This document shows, in pieces, positions 8,480 through 17,481 of a stretch of 37,260 nucleotides of DNA (its first letter is position 1; each line of letters opens with the position of its first letter). The stretch lies in NCBI GenBank assembly GCA_945859975.1, contig CAMAPH010000029.1, positions 1-37,260 of the forward strand, read 5' to 3'. Under the pieces are notes generated by a model, which was not told the DNA's origin, did no database searches, and saw nothing but the letters and a program-made list of their open reading frames with translations. This DNA is from Chthonomonas calidirosea. Lineage in GTDB: Bacteria > Armatimonadota > Fimbriimonadia > Fimbriimonadales > Fimbriimonadaceae. A program made the translations under genes and the position numbers.

Positions 8480-9189
8480 CCTTCGAAGGTGATTGAAAAT
8501 GCAATCTTAACGCTCACGCTAGAATCCCTGAAGTTTTTGAGGCTTCCAACCGCGTCAACCTTAAACAGGCTTCCGTCGCTTTGTCGAATCCAAAACGTTG
8601 AGTAGCTAATTGTTGGATCGGTGCCACCGGAACGAACCACTTGCTCCACGCGAAAGCACCTGGTACCGGAAACCATTTCGATTCCAGCAAGCTGTGAAGC
8701 GCCAAACGATGCGGGTGCGTCTGAGTCTGGGGTTCCCGGGTTGACCGTCGACCATGCGTCTCCGATTGCAACCTCCTGCGTGGGTGGCTGAAAATCGAGG
8801 CCCGAAATCCAAGGTATGCCGACATCACCCGTGACCTTTGCGGATTTGATTTCTTTGCCATTACGATCATAAAAGGAATCCTTCACCCACTCCTTCTCGT
8901 CGTCCGCATCCAATGCCGGACTCGTCTCATCAATTTTGAATCGCGTTCGTCTTGTATAGGCTCCATCGGCCTGCTTTTCGACGATGCTCGTTTGCAGCTT
9001 GCCGCTTAAGGAAATCTTGCTCGGCAAGTCATCAACCGGCTTATCAAGCTCTGCAGACAAGGTGAATCGAGCTGACGCGGTCTCCGGTTCAGGTCCAGTC
9101 GGCTTGAGTGAGTACTTTTCGCCCCGCCCGGACGAAGACGCAAAACCAATTGTTCCGACCAGGATTAGAAGCGTTGCAGCAAACTTCAT
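8476..9189 (-). CDS. Hypothetical secreted beta-rich protein (paralog of 9336..10040)
   Basis: Signal peptide; shares VAIGDAWS / FWI motifs with its neighbour. Confidence 0.75.
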   Translation of the reverse strand: MKFAATLLILVGTIGFASSSGRGEKYSLKPTGPEPETASARFTLSAELDKPVDDLPSKISLSGKLQTSIVEKQADGAYTRRTRFKIDETSPALDADDEKEWVKDSFYDRNGKEIKSAKVTGDVGIPWISGLDFQPPTQEVAIGDAWSTVNPGTPDSDAPASFGASQLAGIEMVSGTRCFRVEQVVRSGGTDPTISYSTFWIRQSDGSLFKVDAVGSLKNFRDSSVSVKIAFSITFEG

Positions 9190-9287
9190 CTTGGACTCTA
9201 TTGTATAGCAATTCAGAGGAAATAGTGCAAGAAGTTTTCCACAATTGTAAGTTCAGCGGGTGATGCAAATCATCAACCTTCGAGCAC

Positions 9288-9323
9288 AAAAAAGCGGATC
9301 GATCCCTACGGATCGATCCGCTT
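9288..9323 (-). terminator. Intrinsic terminator
   Basis: gcggatcgatcc-ctac-ggatcgatccgc stem followed by a T-run on the minus strand, just after the stop at 9336. Confidence 0.85.
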
Positions 9324-9335
9324 AAGAAGACTAAC

Positions 9336-10040
9336 TTAACCTTCGCGAACGAGGGTGTACTTTGCGTTCACCGGACCAGGAGCGCCTGGGAGGGGAACGT
9401 TCTTCCAATCGCCCTCGGCCTTAACCGGGGACCAGTCCTTCTTGTCGAGCCAGAAAATGCTGGTGATCGAAGCGGCGTCGGAACCGGTCTCTTCAACCTT
9501 TCCTTCGACCTTTACGACGTCAACGTTGTTGACCTTTTCTTCGGCAAGAACTTTGAAAGTTGCCTTGAACGCGGGCGTTTCTTTCTTTTCGTCTGCTGCC
9601 TGCTCAAAGGTCCAGCCCGCGCCGACGGCTACGGGTGCTTCTGGAGCATAGAATCCGCTCAGGTTGGCCATTCGCCACGTGCCAGAGCCGCTGTCTGCGC
9701 CTTGATAGGCAACCAGAAGGCCGCGAGGGTTATAGGTGCTTCGAGTAGCAGGCTGATCAGGAACATCCTGCTCTTGCCCAGCGATGGAAAGCTTGGTTTC
9801 GGTTGCCTTGGTTTCAACGGTGTAGTTTCCGTTTTCTTCAACCTTGGTGACTTTCTCTTCGTTCAAGCCAGAGAACGTCGCTTCGATGCCCGCCAAAGCG
9901 ATGTCCGCTTTGATTCGGTACTTGATGACTTCGCCTTCCTTTGGCGCTCGCTTGAAGGTGAATCCATCAACAGCGACCGCGACGGCCAAAATCGAAAGCA
10001 GGGCCAAAGCCGAGCCAATTGTCTTAAAAGAAGTCTTCAT
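9336..10040 (-). CDS. Hypothetical secreted beta-rich protein
   Basis: ATG at 10040 opens a signal peptide MKTSFKTIGSALALLSILAVAVA; motifs VAVGAGWT and FWLDKK. Confidence 0.8.
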   Translation of the reverse strand: MKTSFKTIGSALALLSILAVAVAVDGFTFKRAPKEGEVIKYRIKADIALAGIEATFSGLNEEKVTKVEENGNYTVETKATETKLSIAGQEQDVPDQPATRSTYNPRGLLVAYQGADSGSGTWRMANLSGFYAPEAPVAVGAGWTFEQAADEKKETPAFKATFKVLAEEKVNNVDVVKVEGKVEETGSDAASITSIFWLDKKDWSPVKAEGDWKNVPLPGAPGPVNAKYTLVREG

Positions 10041-10132
10041 AGATTTCACTATTTCGACGGGCATTTTACGACTTCGGTTGCGTGAGTTTCTGGGCATTAG
10101 GTCCGATGGTCGACTTGGTACCCTTTTCACGG

Positions 10133-11170
10133 ATGTCGCACGACGAATTGGGAGACTACGATTTCGAGCTTCCCGAGCACCGAATCGCCCAAACTCCGCT
10201 GGAAGATCGAGCCAGTTCGAAGCTGTTGCACGTCGATCCCGCGAGCGGCCAACTTCACGATTTGCGGTTTCGAGACGCGATAGCTCTGCTCCACAAGGGA
10301 GACCTTCTCGTGGTCAATGACACTCGGGTGAGTGCTCTCCGCCTCTTCGGCGCAAAGACGACGGGAGCCCAGGTGGAAGCACTCCTCCTCCGCGATCTCG
10401 GAGAGGGCAGATTTACCGCGCTCGTAAAGCCCGGCCGGCGGCTGAAGACGGGCTACGTGATTGAATTCGAAGCAGGTCTAACTGCCACCATCACCGCGGA
10501 GTTGGCCGACGGACAGCGAGAGATTCAGTTTCAAGGCGAAAACATCACCGAACGACTTCGAACAATTGGCACCGTGCCCCTGCCTCCATACATCACGACC
10601 AAGCTGGAAAATCCGGAGCGATATCAAACCGTCTATGCCAATGAGGGCGGATCCGTCGCTGCCCCTACCGCGGGATTGCACTTCACACCAGAAATTCTGC
10701 AGGCCATCCGAGACCGCGGCGTCACCATTGGCCGCGTAACTCTAGATGTCGGGCTAGACACCTTCCGGCCCATCGCCGCCGAGAAGCTTGCAGACCATCA
10801 TATGCATGGTGAGTGGTGCTCCGTGCCTCCCGAAACGGTGGAAATGATCGCGAGCGCGAAAGGGAGGGTGATCGCCGTTGGCACCACATCCGTACGAACC
10901 CTGGAGTCCTTCGCAATCGGCAAGCGCCAACTCGAATCAGGTCGAAAATTGACTTCAATCTTTATTCAACCAGGCTACGATTTTCAAATCGTGGACGGCA
11001 TGTTCACGAATTTCCACATGCCCCGAACGACCATGCTCCTCATGATCTCGGCGATGGCTGGCAAGGACATGATCCAAATGGCGTACCGGCACGCTCTGCA
11101 GTCTGACTACCGATTCCTGAGCTTTGGCGACTCAATGTTGATCCTAAATTCCGCTTCTGTATCAGGTTAG
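10133..11170 (+). CDS. queA: tRNA preQ1(34) S-adenosylmethionine ribosyltransferase-isomerase
   Basis: YDFELPEHRIAQ, VNDTRV, PLPPYI, YQTVYA, VAAPTAGLHFT, VGTTSVRTLES, TNFHMP, YRFLSFGDSM. Confidence 0.97.
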   Translation: MSHDELGDYDFELPEHRIAQTPLEDRASSKLLHVDPASGQLHDLRFRDAIALLHKGDLLVVNDTRVSALRLFGAKTTGAQVEALLLRDLGEGRFTALVKPGRRLKTGYVIEFEAGLTATITAELADGQREIQFQGENITERLRTIGTVPLPPYITTKLENPERYQTVYANEGGSVAAPTAGLHFTPEILQAIRDRGVTIGRVTLDVGLDTFRPIAAEKLADHHMHGEWCSVPPETVEMIASAKGRVIAVGTTSVRTLESFAIGKRQLESGRKLTSIFIQPGYDFQIVDGMFTNFHMPRTTMLLMISAMAGKDMIQMAYRHALQSDYRFLSFGDSMLILNSASVSG

Positions 11171-11268
11171 CGCTTGAATCCCGGATAAGAATTACCGTGA
11201 ACCCTAGACATATCGGTGTAGAATCACATAGCTAATCGAGGAAGCTTGGCGCTAGGAGGGTTATTTAA

Positions 11269-11817
11269 GTGTCCCCATCGGACTTTGATCCAATTTCGTA
11301 CATTGAGAATGCTTTTCTTGATAAAAAGGTCGAACCAAAAGTGCCGGAAGGCTTGGAGCTAGAGCTGCCGGACCTTCAAGAGTACTTGACCCAAATTCCA
11401 CGAAAAGCAGCCAAGTCGAACCAGAAATTCCGCAAAACCGAAATGCGCGCCCCGCGTCCCCGGCGAGCGGAAGAAAAGACTTCCAGCGCAGCGATGGATC
11501 CTGCCATCCAAGCGGTGTGGCGTTCGCTGCCAAAGAACGTCGAGTTTCTGATTCAGTACTTCAACGACTCTTCGGTGCAGAACTATTACCGTGGTGAGTT
11601 CAAAGAATCGCGAGAAGAACTGATTCGACGCTTGCTCGACCCGGAACTTTCGTTAGAAGATACAAGCCGTCTGCTCGGAGTCGTACCTGCAACCGTGCGT
11701 CGATACACCAACCGCGGCTGGCTAAAATGCCATCGCACTACCGGCGGCCAGCGCCGGTTTCGACTGAGCGATTTGGTTCAGTTCGTCGAAGTTCATGGTC
11801 GCTTCCCTGAGGAGTGA
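11269..11817 (+). CDS. Helix-turn-helix protein with C-terminal BldC/excisionase-like (MerR superfamily) domain
   Basis: LSLEDTSRLLGVVPATVRRYTNRGWLKCHRTTGGQRRF; AGGAGG RBS; TAGAAT -10 at 11219-11224. Confidence 0.85.
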   Translation: MSPSDFDPISYIENAFLDKKVEPKVPEGLELELPDLQEYLTQIPRKAAKSNQKFRKTEMRAPRPRRAEEKTSSAAMDPAIQAVWRSLPKNVEFLIQYFNDSSVQNYYRGEFKESREELIRRLLDPELSLEDTSRLLGVVPATVRRYTNRGWLKCHRTTGGQRRFRLSDLVQFVEVHGRFPEE

Positions 11818-12998
11818 CCATGCCAAAGCCGTTGCGGATCGCGGTCTTCTCAGATAGCGCGCTCCCCCTTATCAACGGCGTAAGCGTTTCCGTTGCCGCC
11901 CTGGTAGAAGAACTTCGAGACCGTGGGCATGATGTGGATCTTTATGCAAACCGGTTCCCTGGCTTTGTTGAGACCCATCCGAATAACGTTCGGTTTAACG
12001 CGGTCGAAATTCCGTTTTGGCGCGGCTACCCGGTAACGATGCCGCCACTGGGAACCCAACTTCGGCGTTTTCGAGAGCGGACATACGACATCGTCCATAC
12101 ACACACTCCGTTCCCGGTCGGAATGATCGGGCTACGCTGGGCCGAATCGCACGAGCTGCCGATCGTCTCGACGTACCACACCCTGTACGACCGGTACTCG
12201 CACTACGTCAAGATTCTGCCGCCACGATTCGTCCGGTACCGAATCGCTCGACACACCAACTATTACTACAGCCGGGTCCACCATGTCATTACCCCCAGCG
12301 AAGCGAGCCTAAAGTGGCTTCGGCGGCACGACGTTCACACCAGGGCCACCATCATCCCAACCGGTAGCCCGGTGCCAAAACGGCAAAACCGCGAGGAGCT
12401 CCGAGCAAAGTTCGGCGTTTCGCCGACAGACGTAGTGCTTCTCTACGCTGGCCGCCTTGCTCCGGAAAAGAATCTTCGCTTGCTTATAGAGGCAGTGTCG
12501 GACCTGATGGCGGAGCGGCCCGAGGTTCAACTTTGGCTCATGGGCGATGGACCGTACCGGGCGACCTGCGAAGAACTTGTCGATCAACTTAGGATTCGAG
12601 CCCGAGTGAAGTTTTTTGGCTTCGTCAGCCAACCATCAGTAGGGGACGTGTATGGGGCTGCAGACTTGTTCGTGTTTGCCAGCGTGACCGAGACTCAAGG
12701 GTTAGTAGTGCAGGAAGCGATGCTGCATCGGCTGCCAGTGGTTGTCGTAAGTGGGGGCGGTGCAAGTGAGACAATTATTGATGGGCATAACGGACTCTTG
12801 GCACGAAATGACCGTATGGACTTTTGTCAGAAGATGAACGAGGTCCTCAGCTCCAACGAAACGCGGCAACAACTAGCCGAAGCGGGATTTCATTCACAAT
12901 TGCCTAGGTCCATTCCCGCAATGGTAGATCGCGTGCTCGCTGTCTATCGTGAGGTCATTTCGGAGTTCCGTAGCAGCGAGGCAAATCTTGATCCATAA
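11814..12998 (+). CDS. GT4 glycosyltransferase (monoglucosyl-diacylglycerol synthase-like)
   Basis: NGVSVSV, HTHTPF, STYHTLY, GRLAPEKN, GDGP, SVTETQGLVVQEAM. Start is GTG 11814 (GTGA overlap) or ATG 11820. Confidence 0.9.
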   Translation: MTMPKPLRIAVFSDSALPLINGVSVSVAALVEELRDRGHDVDLYANRFPGFVETHPNNVRFNAVEIPFWRGYPVTMPPLGTQLRRFRERTYDIVHTHTPFPVGMIGLRWAESHELPIVSTYHTLYDRYSHYVKILPPRFVRYRIARHTNYYYSRVHHVITPSEASLKWLRRHDVHTRATIIPTGSPVPKRQNREELRAKFGVSPTDVVLLYAGRLAPEKNLRLLIEAVSDLMAERPEVQLWLMGDGPYRATCEELVDQLRIRARVKFFGFVSQPSVGDVYGAADLFVFASVTETQGLVVQEAMLHRLPVVVVSGGGASETIIDGHNGLLARNDRMDFCQKMNEVLSSNETRQQLAEAGFHSQLPRSIPAMVDRVLAVYREVISEFRSSEANLDP

Positions 12999-13005
12999 CG
13001 ACACC

Positions 13006-13977
13006 ATGCGGGCTCCGGGAGTTGCCACGGACCGAAAACCGCTGCTTGATGCGACGCTGCTCCTGATCGGGCTCACTGTGCTGCGAATGCTTGTTCAATT
13101 CGTTCCGGTGCCGCTTGACCTGGTGCCCACGACGAGCCTCATCATCAGTATGATTTTCGTGGGTTTACCAATCGCAGCGATTTTTCGAGCATCGGCCTTT
13201 GCTTGGCAGGTGAAGTCCAGCCTGATTGCTCTTCTGATTGGCCTCGCGCTTCAGTTTGGTCTAGCTTTTGTAGCGCCGATGTTCGTTTCCGGGGTCAGTG
13301 CAGTGCTTCACGGAATTTCTCAGGCTGGACTCGTCGTCTGGACCCTTGGTCTTGGGGCGCTCCTCTCGCAGGTCATCAGCGACAAAAATTTAATCGTGCC
13401 TGTCGCGATCTTCCTCGCCCTGTTCGACGTGTGGCTCGTTTTTGTTCCGGAAGGGCCTGTTGGCCAAATTGCGCGCGGCAACAACACTGCCCTCGCTTCA
13501 GTCGCGTATCAACTCCCGCGACCAACGCACGTGCCCACCGACGGTCGGGCCATGCCTCTCGCCTATGTTGGTCCCGCGGACTTCCTCTTCATGGCGATGT
13601 TCTTCGCGCTCCTGTACCGGTTCAACCTTCGGATTCGCCAAACCGCCATTTGGCTCACACCGGTCCTAATTTGCTATCTGCTCACAACGCTATTGTTCGG
13701 TTCGGTTCGGATCGGACCAATCAGCCTCGGAGCGTTGCCGGCGCTGTTGCCCATTGGCGCTGTTGTTTTAGCCGTCAACTGCCGTGAGTTTAAGTTCACG
13801 GCGGAAGAAAAGATGACAACCGTAGTCCTGACCGTCGTCTGTCTGAGCGTGCTGGCGTGGCGATTCAGCGTGCAGCCGACAAAGCTGCCAACTGCGCCTT
13901 CGAAGAAGGAGCGCGGCCTAAAGCGCTCAAAATTGATGCGCTTGCCAACGACACTCGAGCAAGGTCAATCCCGGTAG
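13006..13977 (+). CDS. Polytopic membrane protein, putative presenilin/SPP-like (A22) intramembrane aspartic protease
   Basis: About 9 hydrophobic segments; LFDVWLVFVPEGP, YVGPADFLFMAMFFALLYRF and ALPALL motifs in the A22 order. Confidence 0.7.
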   Translation: MRAPGVATDRKPLLDATLLLIGLTVLRMLVQFVPVPLDLVPTTSLIISMIFVGLPIAAIFRASAFAWQVKSSLIALLIGLALQFGLAFVAPMFVSGVSAVLHGISQAGLVVWTLGLGALLSQVISDKNLIVPVAIFLALFDVWLVFVPEGPVGQIARGNNTALASVAYQLPRPTHVPTDGRAMPLAYVGPADFLFMAMFFALLYRFNLRIRQTAIWLTPVLICYLLTTLLFGSVRIGPISLGALPALLPIGAVVLAVNCREFKFTAEEKMTTVVLTVVCLSVLAWRFSVQPTKLPTAPSKKERGLKRSKLMRLPTTLEQGQSR

Positions 13978-14746
13978 CAATTCCCTCCCTCCCAAGCGCG
14001 TAAACCAAGTCCTCGGTCGCCAAGTTGCCCGCCGCGCCAGGAGCATAGGGACATCCGCCCAGCCCACCTGCACTCGCGTCGAAACCTGCGTTCGGCGTTT
14101 CATCCAGGGCCGCAAACACATTTGCCAACGCCGTGCCGTTCGTGTCATGAAAGTGCCAGAAGACCTCTGTACTCGGTAGCTCCCTTGCCACTAGCTTCGC
14201 CAGTCGCTTAACCTCTGATGGCCCGGCAACTCCAATCGTGTCACCAAAGCTAATCTCGTCACAACCAAGTTCGATTAAGGCTTGGGCAACCTCAATTGTT
14301 CGCTCCGGTTGGACCTTGCCCGCATATGGGCACTGGAACGCGGTGCTGACGTAGCCGCGAACCCAGGCGTTGGGGGGCCGCATGGCTAGCAATTCGCGGA
14401 ACGCCACCAGAGACTCCTCGACGGTCATGTTGATGTTCTTTTGCGTGAACGCATCGCTCGCTGCCGTAAAGATCGCGAATCTCGTGACTCCAACTTCGAC
14501 CGCGCGCTGCATGCCTCGAACGTTTGGTACAAGCGCGCTGTACTTCGGGCCAGCCGGGAGTTGGGGCCACAGCTCCGCCGCGTCTGCAAGCTGCGGCACC
14601 CACTTTGGGCTGACAAAACTTGTGGCCTCGATCTCCTGGATTCCAGCGTTTGCCAGCGCGGCAATGAACTCAAGCTTAACCGCCGTCGAAATTGGGACCG
14701 ATTCGTTCTGAAGCCCGTCGCGCGGGCCAACTTCGACGATTCTCAT
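13865..14746 (-). CDS. Hydroxymethylglutaryl-CoA lyase
   Basis: VEVGPRDGLQNE, TSFVSPKWVPQLAD, DTIG, HFHDT, GGLGGCPYAPGAAGNLATEDL. Confidence 0.95.
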   Translation of the reverse strand: MRIVEVGPRDGLQNESVPISTAVKLEFIAALANAGIQEIEATSFVSPKWVPQLADAAELWPQLPAGPKYSALVPNVRGMQRAVEVGVTRFAIFTAASDAFTQKNINMTVEESLVAFRELLAMRPPNAWVRGYVSTAFQCPYAGKVQPERTIEVAQALIELGCDEISFGDTIGVAGPSEVKRLAKLVARELPSTEVFWHFHDTNGTALANVFAALDETPNAGFDASAGGLGGCPYAPGAAGNLATEDLVYALGREGIATGIDLARVSLASASILSALGRAPSSKAQLAALSAAR

Positions 14747-15171
14747 TTCGGCGTCACGCGGAAAAGCACCGCCGAATCCTCAACCTGTTGCCCCTTTGCC
14801 ACACCGAGGTGTGCAACTTCGCCGTCGAACGGAGCGAGTAGCGGTTGCTGCGTTTTCATCGCTTCCAGAACGACAAGAGTTTGCCCTTTGGTGACCGAAT
14901 CGCCAACTTGAACGCGAACATCAACGATAAGTCCAGGCATCGGTGCTCGCGCTTCTCCGCTAGCTGCGGCACCAGCCCCGGTTCGGCTTGGCGGCTTGGT
15001 CGAAAACTTGTACTGGAATCCACGGTGCGAAACGAGGACCTCGTCGCCGACCCTCACCGCGGCGACGGACACGGATCCGCCGTCCGTGATCAGGCGAAAT
15101 CGATCGCCGTCTGGCTCGATTCGAGCCGAAGTTTCTGCGCCGAACAATTCTCCGTCAAGATACAGCCGCAT
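14743..15171 (-). CDS. Biotin carboxyl carrier protein (stand-alone, with short N-terminal beta domain)
   Basis: APMPG...VLEAMKTQ biotinylation motif; ATG at 15171 overlaps the end of the upstream gene. Confidence 0.88.
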   Translation of the reverse strand: MRLYLDGELFGAETSARIEPDGDRFRLITDGGSVSVAAVRVGDEVLVSHRGFQYKFSTKPPSRTGAGAAASGEARAPMPGLIVDVRVQVGDSVTKGQTLVVLEAMKTQQPLLAPFDGEVAHLGVAKGQQVEDSAVLFRVTPK

Positions 15172-15877
15172 GTTTTTGCTCTCGGTACCACTTTGCACCG
15201 TCGATGAACGATTGAAAAAGTCGGACGGTCGCATCGTCGTCTGGAGTTCGCTCAGGATGCCACTGAACCAGAATGCAGAAGCGTCCGTCGGTAGCTTCCA
15301 GGGCTTCGACGGTTCCGTCTCCATGCGTCGCGACTACCTTAAGACCTTCACCGACCACAGAAACCGCTTGATGGTGAAAAGATCGTCCTTCCACGATCGG
15401 CGCGCCGACGACACTCGCGAACCGACTTTCGGCGTCAACCGCGTAAGTTTGAAGTTCGCCGCTAGAATGCTCGCTTGATCCCACTCGGTCCGGCGTGTGT
15501 TGCTCAAGCTTGCCACCTTGCATCACATTCACAAACTGACAGCCATAGCAAATCCCGAGAATCGGAAGCTGTGCTGGCAGCGCCCGGTAAACGGCTTCCT
15601 CAATCCGGAAGCGCTCGGGATGCTGAAGTTCATTGGCCGGATGATTTTCTTCGCCGAAGTGCATTGCGTCAATGTCCATCCCGCCCGGAATAAGCAACCC
15701 ATCAATCAGACTCGCCACTGACTCCGGGTCGCTGTGCGGCGTGATGATGAGGGGCACTCCGCCCGCCCGGGCGACCATTTCGGCGTAGTTGATGTTCAAC
15801 TGGACGCGAGCACCGCCAGTGCGCTCGTCATCCACCGCTTTAACGTCCCCCGTGATGCCGATGATCGGCTTGGACAC
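15155..15877 (-). CDS. Gamma-glutamyl-GABA hydrolase family (peptidase C26, class I glutamine amidotransferase-like)
   Basis: KPIIGIT, LLIPGG.DID, LGICYG, SFHHQAV, VQWHPE. Confidence 0.9.
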   Translation of the reverse strand: MSKPIIGITGDVKAVDDERTGGARVQLNINYAEMVARAGGVPLIITPHSDPESVASLIDGLLIPGGMDIDAMHFGEENHPANELQHPERFRIEEAVYRALPAQLPILGICYGCQFVNVMQGGKLEQHTPDRVGSSEHSSGELQTYAVDAESRFASVVGAPIVEGRSFHHQAVSVVGEGLKVVATHGDGTVEALEATDGRFCILVQWHPERTPDDDATVRLFQSFIDGAKWYREQKHAAVS

Positions 15878-15879
15878 CG

Positions 15880-17034
15880 TCAGATCAGCTCCCGAATGTG
15901 CTCGACGTTCTTCTTAACCGCGTTGAGGAACTGCGCTGCACCGACTCCGTTTGCCACTCGGTGGTCGAAGGTCAGGGCTAAGTTTGCGCATCGCTGCAGC
16001 TTGAGTTCCGTTGTGTTCTGCGCCAACCCGTTGTAGGCCTCGCCCAGGAACAGGGTTCCAACGCTCGGCGGTACGACTACCGGCACCGCATCGCGAAGAC
16101 CGAATGACTGCATGTTTGTGAGAGACAGCGTTACAGTTTCGTTCGCCTGGTCCGTTCCCTGTCGTGCAAGCTCAATCTTCTCGCGGGTCCGTTGCGCAAA
16201 CGCACGCCAGTCGAGGGTGTCGGCATCCTCGACGACGGCGAGAACTAGTTCATCTCCCGGCAGGCTCACCGCGATTCCGAGGGAGACGTGATTGTAGGTC
16301 CGCAGCGTGGTGTCATTTACCAGGCTGGATCGGAAGATGGGGAACTGCGCGAGTGCCTTGGTAACGGCGAAGGCGAAGAGCGTGAACGCGCTTGGTTGGA
16401 AATCGCTTCCCGAGGCCTTGATCTCGGCTCGGAGGGTTTCAATTTCTGTCCAGTCGGCAACAACCACCTCGGTACCAGGCACAACAATGGCGTTGCCTCG
16501 AACCATCCGAGACGACAGGAGACGCTGCTTGCTTGGCACCGCACTATCGACGAACGGACCGGTTGTTGGCACGGATGATCCACCAAGGTGGGCGTCAATA
16601 TCGGCCGGCATCAGCTTGCCACCTGCGGCTTCGGCCAACTCGGCAAGCACGGCATCTGAAATTCCTTTCTCTTTGGCGTAGGCCCGGGTGCGCGGCGGAA
16701 TGTTTGCTCCGCGAACTCCGCTAGACGCGGCGGCGGCTTCGACAACTTCTTCAGTCTTCGGCGCGCCGTGGGATGAGGTCACCTGCTGCTCATCTTCCGA
16801 TTCGATCCGAGCGATATCGGCGCCGATTGCGAGCAGATCATCTTCCGCGGCCAACCATTCGACGAGGGTGCCGGAGTACGGGCTTTCCACGTCCATAACC
16901 GCCTTGTCGGTCTCCATCTGATAGATCGGCTCGTCGCGCTTGATCGTATCTCCTGGCTTCTTTAGGAACGAAACGACCCGGGCTTCTTGAAGGCCCTCAC
17001 CAAGTTGCGGAATCTGAATGGAAACGATGGCCAT
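15880..17034 (-). CDS. 2-oxo acid dehydrogenase E2 (dihydrolipoamide acyltransferase)
   Basis: Lipoyl motif ETDKA, subunit-binding-like PPRTRAYAKEKGI, catalytic LTFDHRVANG. Confidence 0.9.
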   Translation of the reverse strand: MAIVSIQIPQLGEGLQEARVVSFLKKPGDTIKRDEPIYQMETDKAVMDVESPYSGTLVEWLAAEDDLLAIGADIARIESEDEQQVTSSHGAPKTEEVVEAAAASSGVRGANIPPRTRAYAKEKGISDAVLAELAEAAGGKLMPADIDAHLGGSSVPTTGPFVDSAVPSKQRLLSSRMVRGNAIVVPGTEVVVADWTEIETLRAEIKASGSDFQPSAFTLFAFAVTKALAQFPIFRSSLVNDTTLRTYNHVSLGIAVSLPGDELVLAVVEDADTLDWRAFAQRTREKIELARQGTDQANETVTLSLTNMQSFGLRDAVPVVVPPSVGTLFLGEAYNGLAQNTTELKLQRCANLALTFDHRVANGVGAAQFLNAVKKNVEHIRELI

Positions 17035-17117
17035 GGCATTCTCCCGCGCCTGCGCGGATGAAACTTAGTTTGGCATGAAGACCCGGAAATGCGAAAATTG
17101 ACCGATATAATCAATTC

Positions 17118-17480
17118 ATGGCTAGGGCGAAACGCGTGGAAACAGATGTGGAATACGCGACCAAGCAGCAGCGTGACATCGGTGGAGTCAAACGCACCTA
17201 TGTGTTCGCGCCCGGACCCGAAAATGTTTGGCGAGTCATTCACGTCAGTAAGGACGCATTTCCGGCAAGTCTTATTGGCGAGGAGGAAATCCGTCCCTGG
17301 CATCTTTCGGTTGATCTCGAAGACGGAGTCCAAAACCGAAGTGAAGTTGCAATGATTGCGGTGGAAGATGATGGAAAACTTCCTTGGCCCGCAGGCTGGG
17401 GCGATCCGGTGACCGTAATCGACAGAATGCCAAGGGGCAGAGTTGCGGTAGCCGAAGCGCGAAAAGAATACGGGCCGTGA
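17118..17480 (+). CDS. Hypothetical protein, possible antitoxin partner of the downstream HEPN-like gene
   Basis: TATAAT 6 nt upstream of ATG; stop lies 1 nt before the next gene. Confidence 0.65.
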   Translation: MARAKRVETDVEYATKQQRDIGGVKRTYVFAPGPENVWRVIHVSKDAFPASLIGEEEIRPWHLSVDLEDGVQNRSEVAMIAVEDDGKLPWPAGWGDPVTVIDRMPRGRVAVAEARKEYGP

Positions 17481-17481
17481 C

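Noticed and set aside
10041..10132. Possible preQ1 riboswitch upstream of queA
   Set aside because: No preQ1 aptamer pattern seen; short divergent promoter region with a -10 element close to the start.
14743..15324. Long N-terminal extensions in the ORF track (also 10082, 10130, 12949, 21707, 26086, 29312, 31810)
   Set aside because: They overlap neighbouring genes or promoters; downstream starts have better RBS or -10 support.
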